Source of the DNA: a virus
Lineage: Duplodnaviria; Caudoviricetes
DNA: 62,771 bases
IMG/VR virus record: IMGVR_UViG_3300036980_000377
Coordinates: 1-62,771 of that record
Strand: one strand, 5' to 3'
The first letter of the stretch is position 1. The number at the start of each line of letters is the position of its first letter. Position numbers and translations under genes: made by a program. This document shows positions 28,722-38,064 of this stretch, in pieces. Under the pieces are notes generated by a model. It searched no databases, was not told the DNA's origin, and saw only the letters and a program-made list of their open reading frames with translations.

Positions 28722-29660
28722 ATGGACTTACCCGCTTTAATTGTTGGAGATCTACATCTAGATGAACGAAATCTCCATCTCTTCCGAATTTTAAAACAAC
28801 AACTAAAAGAATACGAAGAGCAAGTCCCGTCCCTTGTTCTCATCGGAGATATCTTTAATTCGCCTGACTCCGTTAGGTGGATTTGTCTACTTGAGTTCAT
28901 TGAGTTTTTAGAAGATACTAAGTTTGAAGTTTACATGCTTACTGGAAATCATGATAGGCCGATGTATGGACAAATGCTTTCAAACCTTTCCACTTTCAAT
29001 CGTTATGGTCACGTCATTAAGTCACCTTGCGTCACTGGGGACTCTGTGGTTTGGTTGCCTCATATTGGTGAACAGGCAAGTCTCGACTTCATCAAAGAAA
29101 CGCCGGGTAGAGTTTGTTACTCTCATCAGATGATCCGGGGATTAATGCTAAATGATAAAGTCGCGACAGCTCAAGGTCTTGATAAGAAAGAATTTCAACA
29201 ACAGTACGAATTTACATTTAATGGACATATTCACCATCCACAGATCGAAACAAATTTTTTTAATATTGGATCCCCTTGGCAACACACTTTTACAGAAGCT
29301 GGTCAGAGGAAATTTATTTGGCTCTTTACTGGCGATAAAGCAGTTCCCGTACAGTGTAAGGTCGATTCACAGTATCTTGTCGGCTTTTTTGAAGACCTCC
29401 AACAGGAAAACTTTGAAGGCAAATCAATCAAGATCTACTTACAATCTGGAGATAACATACAATCAATCGCTGCCTTCCTTGAATCGCACGGCGCAACCAG
29501 GTGGGTCTTTGTTCAAACCCCGAAAACACAAGAACACTCTCAAGAGGAATATCGAACCCCGAAAGCTTCGTTAGACGAACTTGTAGTTGACTTTGGATTT
29601 AGGAAGGATCTATCACTAGATGATATTCTCATGGGACTCCAGTTCTTGGACGATCGATGA
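28722..29660 (+). CDS. sbcD: SbcD/Mre11-like nuclease
   Basis: GDLH, GDIF, GNHD, GHIH, IGSPWQHTFTE. Confidence 0.88.
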   Translation: MDLPALIVGDLHLDERNLHLFRILKQQLKEYEEQVPSLVLIGDIFNSPDSVRWICLLEFIEFLEDTKFEVYMLTGNHDRPMYGQMLSNLSTFNRYGHVIKSPCVTGDSVVWLPHIGEQASLDFIKETPGRVCYSHQMIRGLMLNDKVATAQGLDKKEFQQQYEFTFNGHIHHPQIETNFFNIGSPWQHTFTEAGQRKFIWLFTGDKAVPVQCKVDSQYLVGFFEDLQQENFEGKSIKIYLQSGDNIQSIAAFLESHGATRWVFVQTPKTQEHSQEEYRTPKASLDELVVDFGFRKDLSLDDILMGLQFLDDR

Positions 29661-29876
29661 CAGTCAAAGAAGCTGTCGAAATTATTATACTGATTGTAAT
29701 CGTGGTGGGGATTCTATGGGCCAAACGTCGTCGTTGAGGATTTTTATGACATCGGGGACTGACTTCTTCCAAATTTTCCGTGGTCCGGGTCCTCCCGAAT
29801 TTTTTAAACTTGTGATCACTTTATTCCATTGGGAGCCCGGCGGGGGTTTTTTCAACAGTAGTTTCAGGCCTCAGGT

Positions 29877-31688
29877 ATGAATATTCAATTCACGTCGATT
29901 AAAGCGTCCAACTTTAGATCGTTTGAGAACTTCAAACTTGACTTGACTAAAAATGGAGTAACCCTTGTCCAAGGCAAAATTGAAGGTGGATCTGAAACCC
30001 TTGAATCTAATGGTGCTGGTAAGTCTTCCATTTTTTCAGCGATTTCATGGGCGCTATTTGGCAAGTTCCCTCATGTCAGTGGTTCGAAAGTCTCAGGTGA
30101 TAAAGTGGTTCGGCGGGGATCATCTGGTGGTTGTTACGTTACTGCTACATTTCAAGCTGCAGGACAAACCGTTTGTGTCACTCGATATCGCCTTCACGCA
30201 CTTCACGGAGACAAACTCACACTACGAGTAGAGGATAAGGAGGAGACTCAAGCAACAAATTTAAAGACCCAGCAAGTCGTAGAATCTCTACTTGGGATCT
30301 CCTTTGAACTGTTTGTAAATTTAATCTTCGTAACGGAAGCGACAATCAAAGAGTCCTTTGCTTTTGAAACGGATGCCAATCGTAAGAAGATGTTAGTCAG
30401 CGCCCTTCCCCAGTTTCAAACATTTGGTAAAGCTCGAAGTCGTGTCAAAGATTCTCATACTCAGTTCACTGGATTTTCTAGTAAACTTCAGGTAGAGAAG
30501 GATGCCTTCACAAAAGCATTTGAAGAGATGCAAACTGAGGTCATCCCTAACACCTCTCAAATTAACTTTCGTGTCAGTCAGTTGCAGATTGAGATTGCCA
30601 CCCTCAACCAATCTATCAGATCTAACATCAAGGAGTCTGAGGATAATTCACAACGTTTAAGTTCTCTGTGTGTCGAACCAAACGATACTGAGTTGTTGGA
30701 TTCAATTGAGAGTACGCGAAAAGAATTATCTTCTTATAAGCTTTATCATGAATCTGCTAAGTCCGGTTTTAAAAAGTGGGATGATATGGGTACTACGTGC
30801 CCTACTTGTGGTCAATCTATCTCTCACTCCGAGAAAATACAACATGCTCAAACATATAAGGACGAGATCGGAGAATTAGGTCTCCATGTAAATGCTCTAC
30901 AAATTGGACTTGAAGAACTTCGAAAAAAGAAAGCAATCTCAGACGTCAAGGAAGCCGAGGTTCAAAAACTTAAAGATTTAATACGTGCTCGAAAGGAAAT
31001 TGCAAGCCGTTCAATCCAATCTGATACTGCCGCAATCAATGCGAAGAATGCCGAGATCGAACAATTAGGTATTATCCTTCAAAACTTAGATGATGTAAAG
31101 ACCCAGAGTGATAATCAAAAGAAAACAGTCTATGATAAAATTCAAGAGATTGATCAACTACTCGCGGTCGTTAAAAACTTTGAAGGATCTTTGAGTGTTT
31201 GGTTAGATGGTTATGGTCCTCGAGGAGTTTTATCTCTCGCATTAAACCACGTAGTCGAAGTTCTTACAGGTAAAACTAGGAGATGGTTAGAGAGTCTTTG
31301 GCATGAAGGAGCTTCTCTCACATTTGAGTTCGTCGGCGACGATCTATCTAAGATCGAGTCCAAGCTGTACGTTAACCAGCGAGTTGTGGATTTGGAATCG
31401 CTTAGCTCTGGAGAGACGCGAAGGCTCTGCCTTGCGCTCTGTTTCGGACTACGTGAAGCTCTCCAAGAACTCACCGGATGGAAATCTAATCTTCTTATTC
31501 TCGATGAAGTTTTCGACGGACTAGATGGTGTTGGGAGAATCAAAGTATTGAGTGAACTTAAGCAGCTTCTAGATACGAGCGTTTTTGTGATTTCCCAATT
31601 TCCCCAACTTAGTGAAGATATCGATAGAGTAGCGCGTGTACGCTTCTCTAACAACGTGTCTGCGCTTGAAATCCTACATGAGAGGTAA
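29877..31688 (+). CDS. sbcC: SbcC/Rad50-like ATPase
   Basis: NFRSF, NGAGKS, zinc hook CPTC, LSSGE, LLILDE. Confidence 0.9.
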   Translation: MNIQFTSIKASNFRSFENFKLDLTKNGVTLVQGKIEGGSETLESNGAGKSSIFSAISWALFGKFPHVSGSKVSGDKVVRRGSSGGCYVTATFQAAGQTVCVTRYRLHALHGDKLTLRVEDKEETQATNLKTQQVVESLLGISFELFVNLIFVTEATIKESFAFETDANRKKMLVSALPQFQTFGKARSRVKDSHTQFTGFSSKLQVEKDAFTKAFEEMQTEVIPNTSQINFRVSQLQIEIATLNQSIRSNIKESEDNSQRLSSLCVEPNDTELLDSIESTRKELSSYKLYHESAKSGFKKWDDMGTTCPTCGQSISHSEKIQHAQTYKDEIGELGLHVNALQIGLEELRKKKAISDVKEAEVQKLKDLIRARKEIASRSIQSDTAAINAKNAEIEQLGIILQNLDDVKTQSDNQKKTVYDKIQEIDQLLAVVKNFEGSLSVWLDGYGPRGVLSLALNHVVEVLTGKTRRWLESLWHEGASLTFEFVGDDLSKIESKLYVNQRVVDLESLSSGETRRLCLALCFGLREALQELTGWKSNLLILDEVFDGLDGVGRIKVLSELKQLLDTSVFVISQFPQLSEDIDRVARVRFSNNVSALEILHER

Positions 31689-31690
31689 CC

Positions 31691-33037
31691 ATGTCAACTA
31701 TTCCATGGCCCAAGATTCGACCTGATCGCCAAATTCACTCCGCAGAGCAAATCTTAATCGGGAGTCTTCTAATGAACCCTGGGAGACTCACACGGTATGA
31801 GCAGAATATTATTTACCATGAAGAGCCTTTAAATGGCGCTGACTTTGAGCATCAGCAGTGGAAGACTCGTTACTTTTCTATGTGGGGTGGAAAGCTCACC
31901 CACAGCTCGGGACTCTCGTTCATAGTCCCTGAAAATATTTGTGTAAGGTTTAGCTGCGGAACAATCTTAAGTGGTGACACCTCACATTTAATGCCGATGC
32001 TTGATGATTTCGGTCTAGCTAATTGGTTTATGGAAAGTGGAGTAGTCTTAAGTAGCCGCCCTGAAATTTATCTTCCCCTGCCTCCGAGCTGGCGTTCTCA
32101 GAAGGGGGTTATGGAGAAACTTTTTAGTCGATTCGATGCCTTCGCAGACGTTAAAGGATTTCTTTCGATTCAAGATGTTGGTACATTTAAAGATGTTATC
32201 TTTCCAAACGTGATCCCATCTAAGCGATATAAGTTCAAGCATCTCAACGAAGAGATGCACGATGTCTCTAAGACGTCAACCCTGTCAGTCGGAATTCAAA
32301 AAGTAGGGATTAGGCAGGTTCCAATCCCCTTGAATATTCACTTGAAAGATCAAATCCAACCTACGATCGCTAAAGCTTCGATCTATACGGATTTAAGTGA
32401 AGACGTAATGGGCTCTCACCTAAGTAGACTCCTCGAAGTTCTTGATAAGGTTTCGTGCGATGTAGTCAGCACAGATTTACAAACAATGGAGTTGTATCTT
32501 AACACCTTAAAGGAAAGACTCAATGCCACGAACGCGTATTTAAAATTACGGTTTCCAATACTTCTTTCACAGCTCGCCCCTGTGACAGGAATTCCAGGAC
32601 ATATTCGATATGAATGTACCCTCTCAGGTGAGATTGATAGTGGTGATCTCAAAGTCTTCAAAACAATTCGTGTACCATATATGTCTGCTTGCATCTGTTC
32701 TAAAAGCATTTCACTCTTTAACGCCCACTGTCAACGATCGTTTGCTGATGTTACGCTTCTTCTAAAAGATAGCGACGTCCCATTTGAAGAACTTGTTGAG
32801 ATCGTTGAACATTCATGCTCCGCACCTATCAGAGCCACCTTAAAGAGAGAAGATGAAAAGTTCATTACTGAACAGGCGTACGACAGGGCAGGCTTTGTAG
32901 AAACAATCAGCCGACACATTGCCAAGCAACTGGACAATTTAAGGGTTAGAGGCTGGTTAGTTGTTTGTGAGCATGAAGAAAGTTTACACCAACATAATGC
33001 AGTCGCTCTCATCCGAGGCGGTGAGTATATTCCCTGA
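31691..33037 (+). CDS. folE2: GTP cyclohydrolase IB (FolE2) fused to an N-terminal degenerate LAGLIDADG-like domain
   Basis: C-terminal IQKVGI, GSHLSRL, SACICSK, AHCQRS, LKREDEK, FVE, EESLHQHNA; N-terminal ILIGSLL, GLANWFMESG, IPSKRYKF. Confidence 0.85.
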   Translation: MSTIPWPKIRPDRQIHSAEQILIGSLLMNPGRLTRYEQNIIYHEEPLNGADFEHQQWKTRYFSMWGGKLTHSSGLSFIVPENICVRFSCGTILSGDTSHLMPMLDDFGLANWFMESGVVLSSRPEIYLPLPPSWRSQKGVMEKLFSRFDAFADVKGFLSIQDVGTFKDVIFPNVIPSKRYKFKHLNEEMHDVSKTSTLSVGIQKVGIRQVPIPLNIHLKDQIQPTIAKASIYTDLSEDVMGSHLSRLLEVLDKVSCDVVSTDLQTMELYLNTLKERLNATNAYLKLRFPILLSQLAPVTGIPGHIRYECTLSGEIDSGDLKVFKTIRVPYMSACICSKSISLFNAHCQRSFADVTLLLKDSDVPFEELVEIVEHSCSAPIRATLKREDEKFITEQAYDRAGFVETISRHIAKQLDNLRVRGWLVVCEHEESLHQHNAVALIRGGEYIP

Positions 33038-33051
33038 TATAGGAGTTAACA

Positions 33052-33396
33052 ATGGAAAGCGTATTCTCTAATGAAGGCCTGGCTGAACAGCCGAATTTTG
33101 CTCCCGCAGCCCCCGTTCTAAATTCTGTTACTTTCGATGGCCGCGTCGCTAGAGTGTCTCTCACACTACCCGCAACAGATGCGGATGGTGGATCCCTTAC
33201 GGGTCTTGCAGGATGTAATGTCTTTTATAAAGACAGCTCATTTGCAGGTTCCACACCCGACGCAGAAAGAGCAGCTGGAACTCCTGTTGTCTCAGTTCCA
33301 GTTACTGATAGTCTCGCAGGTACTGACGTAGTAGTCTCTGTACCCGATTTGAAGTTTGGGATGCTTTACTACTTCGTTGCAACCTGTAACGATTAA
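33052..33396 (+). CDS. fibronectin type III-like protein with permuted terminal strand
   Basis: PATDADGGSLTGLAGCNVFY...LKFGMLYYFVATCND; ESVFSNE at the N-terminus; AGGAG RBS. Confidence 0.7.
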   Translation: MESVFSNEGLAEQPNFAPAAPVLNSVTFDGRVARVSLTLPATDADGGSLTGLAGCNVFYKDSSFAGSTPDAERAAGTPVVSVPVTDSLAGTDVVVSVPDLKFGMLYYFVATCND

Positions 33397-33404
33397 TCAC
33401 TCTG

Positions 33405-33518
33405 ATGGAAAGTCAATTCTCTAATCAGAGAACTGCACTATTCGTCATCGTACCATCTCCGTGGTCGAGAATTTGGATTTGGATCCAGCGTCTTTGGCGC
33501 TGGATATTGTCTTGGTAG
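33405..33518 (+). CDS. 37-aa peptide with FN3 terminal-strand motif and Trp/Arg-rich tail
   Basis: Translated by hand: MESQFSNQRTALFVIVPSPWSRIWIWIQRLWRWILSW. Confidence 0.6.
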   Translation: MESQFSNQRTALFVIVPSPWSRIWIWIQRLWRWILSW

Positions 33519-33599
33519 GATGCTTTGAAACGCTTGGCGGCGAGAAACCATATGAACTGTTACTTGACACCTATTTTTTTAATCAGCCAATTTTTTCAA

Positions 33600-33648
33600 C
33601 CTTTTAATCATCCCAATTGAGCCATTATAATTATAATAAAAAATTATT
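33600..33648 (+). repeat. direct repeat copy 1 (promoter-like, tandem TATAAT)
   Basis: CCTTTTA.TCATCCCAATTGAGC.ATTATAATTATAATAAAAAATTAT, nearly identical to 36241-36288. Confidence 0.8.
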
Positions 33649-33723
33649 ACTTTTTGAACCTTGAACCTGCCGCCAACTAGTTCTTAAAAGCATCCTCCAG
33701 AAAATTCCTTCTGGGTGGTGTAA

Positions 33724-33927
33724 ATGAAAACTCCAACTCCGCTTGAACTTCGCAAGTCATGCGATTTCCTCTGTGAGAAAGCATGTGCATTAGCTGAGAC
33801 GGTTGAAACAGTAGTTTTAATGGAATGGCAAGCACGAGGTTGTGAGTCTGCTTTAAACGACCTTCATAACAAAATGGATGTAATGCTTGAGATCATCGGT
33901 AAACAACCTTTAGCAGTAGCAGGATAG
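33724..33927 (+). CDS. hypothetical protein
   Basis: GGTGG upstream of ATG. Confidence 0.55.
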   Translation: MKTPTPLELRKSCDFLCEKACALAETVETVVLMEWQARGCESALNDLHNKMDVMLEIIGKQPLAVAG

Positions 33928-33936
33928 GGAGGCTCC

Positions 33937-34173
33937 ATGGTCGGATTTCTTATCAGCGTAGCTCTTGGCGCAGCTGTAGGTCTTGCGATGTCAAGAACAG
34001 AAGCTGGTAAAAAGCTTATTTGCTGGACACTGGAACGCTGGGAGACCTTAGAGGGACGTAAGCACGTTTCATCAATTCGTCAATTTGGAAAAGAGTGGGC
34101 TCGGTGGCCTGGAAATACGCCCACAAGATCCCCTCGCTCCTCTACAAAGCCATCTAAAGCGGGCTTTGTCTGA
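33937..34173 (+). CDS. small membrane-anchored protein
   Basis: GGAGG RBS; hydrophobic N-terminus. Confidence 0.55.
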   Translation: MVGFLISVALGAAVGLAMSRTEAGKKLICWTLERWETLEGRKHVSSIRQFGKEWARWPGNTPTRSPRSSTKPSKAGFV

Positions 34174-34218
34174 TGTCCAAACTCTAAAGGCCTCGGCGAG
34201 GCTGATAAAAAATAATGA

Positions 34219-34293
34219 GCGGGATTAACTCAATTGGTAGAGTGCTAGACTGCCAGTCTGGTAGTACGGGTTCAAGTCCTGTATCCCGCTCCA
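34219..34293 (+). tRNA. tRNA-Gly(GCC)
   Basis: Cloverleaf; CTAGA-CTGCCAG-TCTGG; encoded CCA. Confidence 0.92.
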
Positions 34294-34299
34294 CCTTTA

Positions 34300-34376
34300 T
34301 GCGGGTTAGCCTAGGGGTCTAAGGCGTGTGGCTCATAACCACAAAATCATGAGTTCGAATCTCATACCCGCTACCA
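34300..34376 (+). tRNA. tRNA-Met(CAT), initiator-like (1:72 mismatch)
   Basis: TGTGG-CTCATAA-CCACA; T1/T72; encoded CCA. Confidence 0.88.
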
Positions 34377-34490
34377 TTTTCATCACGATCGATTGTCCCA
34401 ATATCTGGAACAGATTGTTTCGTATATCAAGAGTAAAGGCTGCTTCCCAATTCTGGGGTAGCGGTAAACTTTTAGGTCACTTCTTTGGTT

Positions 34491-34670
34491 ATGAAAACAG
34501 GTCGAGTCAGATTCAAAAGATTCCTTGATAAAGTTCTTAAGTGTGAAGTCTGTAATCACTCTATGATTGTCAACCGCATGCCAAGTAGAAACAGACGTTC
34601 AGGACATATTAAACATATGTACTGTCCTAAGTGCCAAGAAACTACAGCGCATGTAGAGCAACCAATTTAA
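34491..34670 (+). CDS. bL33-like zinc-ribbon protein
   Basis: CEVC...KHMYCPKCQETTAHVE resembles the L33 pattern KKYCPxCxxHTxHxE. Confidence 0.55.
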   Translation: MKTGRVRFKRFLDKVLKCEVCNHSMIVNRMPSRNRRSGHIKHMYCPKCQETTAHVEQPI

Positions 34671-34685
34671 GGGGGGGGATAGTCG

Positions 34686-34952
34686 ATGTTCGTGTGGGTG
34701 ATCGTTGAGCCGATCTTAATGATTCTCGCCGCGATTTTTATTATCACGCAAGTCGCGGTGCCCGCGTGGAAAAACACGCCAACCTTTCCCCTCATCCGCC
34801 AAGTTCTCAAACGCCGTCGAGTGGCAGAAGAGAAGATGCGGGTGCTTAAAGCTACTAAAGAAGTTCAAAAGTTGGAGAAGTCCGCAGCAGTTTTAGAAGC
34901 GGAACTCCATGAAAAGCCCAAACGCCGTAAACCCACTAACAAAGGAGAGTGA
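34686..34952 (+). CDS. membrane protein upstream of SPFH gene
   Basis: N-terminal TM segment followed by coiled coil. Confidence 0.65.
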   Translation: MFVWVIVEPILMILAAIFIITQVAVPAWKNTPTFPLIRQVLKRRRVAEEKMRVLKATKEVQKLEKSAAVLEAELHEKPKRRKPTNKGE

Positions 34953-36160
34953 TATTTATGCTTAGACGGCCCGTTCTACTAGTGGTCAGTGTCTTACTGG
35001 TCATCCTGTTCTTCTCTTGCGCGGGAATGCTCTTTGAAAATGTCCCCGCAGATCAGATCGCGGTTATCCAATCACCGATCGCTGGAACTCTTGACTGGTA
35101 TCCTGATCAGGGTTTAAAGTGGCAAGGCTTTGGCAAAGTCACTTACTACCCTAAATCCGTCCAATATTGGTTCTCCGCGTCGGGGGATCAGGGAAAGAAA
35201 GTTGACGAAAGCATTAAGATTCGGTTCAATGACGGCGGTGACGGACGAATCTCAGGCTCCGTGCGTCTTGACTTACCTCGAGATAAAGAACACTTGGATT
35301 TAATCCATACTAAGTTCGGGAGTGCGGAAGCTTTGATGCATGAGCTCGTTCGTCCTCTCTTCGAGAAAGCTATTTATATGAGTGGCCCAATGATGTCGTC
35401 AGCCCAGTCTTACGCTGAACGGCGGAATCAGCTCATTGGCTACATTGAAGACCAAGCATCTCGTGGCATCTACCGTACCACCATGAAGGATGTTCGGGGT
35501 AAAGATCTTATCACCGGCGCCGAGAAGACGATCACTGTCGTCGAGTTGGTTATGGATCCTAAATCCCCCAACGGTATCGCTCGAGAGGAAGAGTCTCCAC
35601 TATCTTCATTTGGGTTGAGGGCTTATAACCTTTCAATCAACGCCATTAATTACTCCCCGATCATCGACAAGCAGATCGCCACCCAGCAAGAAGCTTTCAT
35701 GAGCGTACAAACGGCCATGGCTGAAGCTAAGCAGGCGGAGCAGAGAGCTCTAACGGCAGAGCAACAGGGACGAGCAAATGCTGCTACGGCTAGATGGGCG
35801 CAGGAAGTTATCAAAGCCAAGTTTGTCACTGAAGCTGAGCAGCATCTTAAAGTGGCAGAACTCGATGCCCAAACGGCCGCCCAACGTAAGAAAGAGCAAA
35901 TCCTTTTGGGTGAAGGTGAATCTCAACGGCGTCAACTGCTCATGGCCGCGGATAACCAATTGGAGATCAAGCTCGCAGCTTGGAAGGATGTTATGTCGAA
36001 GTTTGCCGACCAGATCGGCAAACAACAATGGGTGCCTCAAATCCAGCTGGGCTCTGACGGAAAATCTGGGGGTAGCGCAGCGATGGACTTGATCACACTC
36101 TTAACCGCTAAAACGGCTAAGGATCTCAACTTGGATCTTTCGCCGACGAAAAAGCAGTAA
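34949..36160 (+). CDS. SPFH/band-7 domain membrane protein
   Basis: N-terminal TM, IRFNDGG, Ala/Glu/Gln-rich coiled coil. Confidence 0.85.
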   Translation: MIFMLRRPVLLVVSVLLVILFFSCAGMLFENVPADQIAVIQSPIAGTLDWYPDQGLKWQGFGKVTYYPKSVQYWFSASGDQGKKVDESIKIRFNDGGDGRISGSVRLDLPRDKEHLDLIHTKFGSAEALMHELVRPLFEKAIYMSGPMMSSAQSYAERRNQLIGYIEDQASRGIYRTTMKDVRGKDLITGAEKTITVVELVMDPKSPNGIAREEESPLSSFGLRAYNLSINAINYSPIIDKQIATQQEAFMSVQTAMAEAKQAEQRALTAEQQGRANAATARWAQEVIKAKFVTEAEQHLKVAELDAQTAAQRKKEQILLGEGESQRRQLLMAADNQLEIKLAAWKDVMSKFADQIGKQQWVPQIQLGSDGKSGGSAAMDLITLLTAKTAKDLNLDLSPTKKQ

Positions 36161-36182
36161 AAGGTTACTACCTCGTGTCGAA

Positions 36183-36221
36183 GGGGAATCTCCTCTGGCT
36201 CAGGGGATTCCCCGATTTTTT
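36183..36221 (+). terminator. rho-independent terminator
   Basis: GGGGAATCTCCT...AGGGGATTCCCC followed by a T run. Confidence 0.8.
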
Positions 36222-36240
36222 ATGCATCCATTATTTTCCA

Positions 36241-36288
36241 CCTTTTATTCATCCCAATTGAGCAATTATAATTATAATAAAAAATTAT
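36241..36288 (+). repeat. direct repeat copy 2 (promoter-like)
   Basis: Near-identical to 33600-33648; lies between a terminator and ATG 36290. Confidence 0.8.
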
Positions 36289-36289
36289 C

Positions 36290-36571
36290 ATGAAATGTCT
36301 CCGCTGCGGGTACTGTTGTATTCATTATAATGTTATTATAGTAAAGCCGGGATATAAACGTATCACTAGGGCATCATTAATATACAAGCCGGGTGGTCAG
36401 CATTGTCCTCATTTAGTCTTTAACAAAGCTATAGCAACATGCGTGATTCACGATAAACCATTTTATAAGCGAACTCCTTGCTTCGAGTTTACTCAAATCG
36501 AAGCTTCACCTGAAGATGATTGTAGAATTGGAGCCGGGATTAGAGATAATAGGATCAAGCTAAATGCATAA
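36290..36571 (+). CDS. YkgJ-like cysteine-cluster protein
   Basis: CLRCGYCC...CPHL...CVIH. Confidence 0.7.
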   Translation: MKCLRCGYCCIHYNVIIVKPGYKRITRASLIYKPGGQHCPHLVFNKAIATCVIHDKPFYKRTPCFEFTQIEASPEDDCRIGAGIRDNRIKLNA

Positions 36572-36776
36572 TTGGGTAGAAAGTTTAGTAACATGGCTAA
36601 TAACTTCTCTTGCTGTTCTTCAATGTATTGCCGTGGCGGTAGGTTTATATCAAGAAAACAAAATTGCGGAGTGTAAAGCTGCAGTAGCAATACTTGGTAC
36701 ACTTGACCTTCATTTGATAAGGATTCTTTGGATTGGACATCTTGGACTTCAAAAGGAGGGGCACGAATGGCTCTAA
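36564..36776 (+). CDS. small membrane protein
   Basis: Hydrophobic ORF. Confidence 0.45.
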   Translation: MHNWVESLVTWLITSLAVLQCIAVAVGLYQENKIAECKAAVAILGTLDLHLIRILWIGHLGLQKEGHEWL

Positions 36777-37069
36777 TAGGTTTTTGCTACTCAGTGGCTC
36801 AATTCTTTTTAGGTGTTTTCTTTATTCTCGCGTGTGTAGTTGCGCTCGTAGTTGGAGTGATCGGCCTAGTATTGTTATGTACTCCTTTCCCGTACTTTCC
36901 GATTCATCGGGAATTTCTTATCCGGTTTTGGACTTTTGTAGTGACAGCAAGCTTCTTTGCAAACGACTATGGACATAAGTCCGAGTGGGATAAAGTTAAG
37001 AGTGAAATGAGACAACTTTCTTCTTGGCAGACCGCCAAGAATGTCATACACTTAACTAAAGAAGATTAA
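36767..37069 (+). CDS. membrane protein
   Basis: AGGAGG RBS; hydrophobic N-terminal half. Confidence 0.55.
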   Translation: MALIGFCYSVAQFFLGVFFILACVVALVVGVIGLVLLCTPFPYFPIHREFLIRFWTFVVTASFFANDYGHKSEWDKVKSEMRQLSSWQTAKNVIHLTKED

Positions 37070-37072
37070 CGT

Positions 37073-37148
37073 CGGGATGTGGCGCAGTTGGTAGCGTGCA
37101 TGCTTTGGGAGCATGATGTCGGGGGTTCAAGTCCCTCCATCCCGACCA
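37073..37148 (+). tRNA. tRNA-Pro(TGG)
   Basis: CATGC-TTTGGGA-GCATG; CCA. Confidence 0.93.
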
Positions 37149-37156
37149 TTAATTGA

Positions 37157-37230
37157 GCGGGTGTAATTCAATGGTAGAAGAACAGCCTTCCAAGCTGTTA
37201 GTGTCGGTTCGAATCCGATCATCCGCTCCA
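37157..37230 (+). tRNA. tRNA-Gly(TCC)
   Basis: ACAGC-CTTCCAA-GCTGT; CCA. Confidence 0.92.
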
Positions 37231-37380
37231 AGAGGGTAGTATGATTTGGAACTGGCATAATAAAATCAGTTTTCTTAAAAGCGGACTTCGAATCATCGGG
37301 TTTATATTTTTGCCCTTCAACCTTTTCCCCTCAGCTGTCTTATTAGTATTAGCTGAAGTGTTTGGAGTTTTGGAAGAGTT

Positions 37381-38064
37381 ATGGTGAAAGTTGTCTTCTG
37401 CGTTCCAGGGCAAAGTTTTTCAAACACGTTTTTACAGTGCTGGACCGATTTACTTTTAGCGTGTCCACAACTTAAAGTGCAACCAATTTGCCCCGTATTT
37501 CCATATATTAGCAATGTTTATATTTCACGTAACGTTTGCTTGTTAGGGCAGCCTGAGAGGGGTATTGAACAAAAACCCTTTCAAGGAAAAATTGCTTATG
37601 ACTATTTGATGTGGATTGATTCAGATAGTGAATGGACTATTCAAGATTTTAAACGTCTTTTAGATATATTAGAAGCAAACAAACATATGCACATCTTATC
37701 GGGTGTCTATATGCATGGAAATGGAGAAACATTAGTAACTCTTGACGACGAAGGGGATTTATTATTACCTATAGATCTTGATGGAATGCCCGAAGTAGTA
37801 AGAATGCCCCATACTGGAATGGGGTTTATGTTAGTAAGAAGTGGTGTATTTGAATATATTAAATACCCTTGGTTCGTCCCGATACTTCCAACGGACGAAC
37901 AAGGTAATGTAATTGATATAATGGGAGATGACATTGCTTTTTGTGAGCGGGCAAGACAAGTAGGATTTATTACTTGGATTGCAACAACGGTTCGTATTGG
38001 TCATGAGAAATCAAGAATCTTGAGGGTGCCAAATGAGCGAGCAAAAATTATATGTTCACAGTAA
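37381..38064 (+). CDS. GT-A fold glycosyltransferase-like protein
   Basis: SRN, YLMWIDSD, TGMGFMLV, YPWF, GDDIAFC, IGHEK. Confidence 0.8.
   Translation: MVKVVFCVPGQSFSNTFLQCWTDLLLACPQLKVQPICPVFPYISNVYISRNVCLLGQPERGIEQKPFQGKIAYDYLMWIDSDSEWTIQDFKRLLDILEANKHMHILSGVYMHGNGETLVTLDDEGDLLLPIDLDGMPEVVRMPHTGMGFMLVRSGVFEYIKYPWFVPILPTDEQGNVIDIMGDDIAFCERARQVGFITWIATTVRIGHEKSRILRVPNERAKIICSQ

Noticed and set aside
33385-33405. Programmed -1 frameshift fusing the FN3 ORF to the downstream peptide
   Set aside because: No slippery heptamer, and the -1 frame has a stop at 33387
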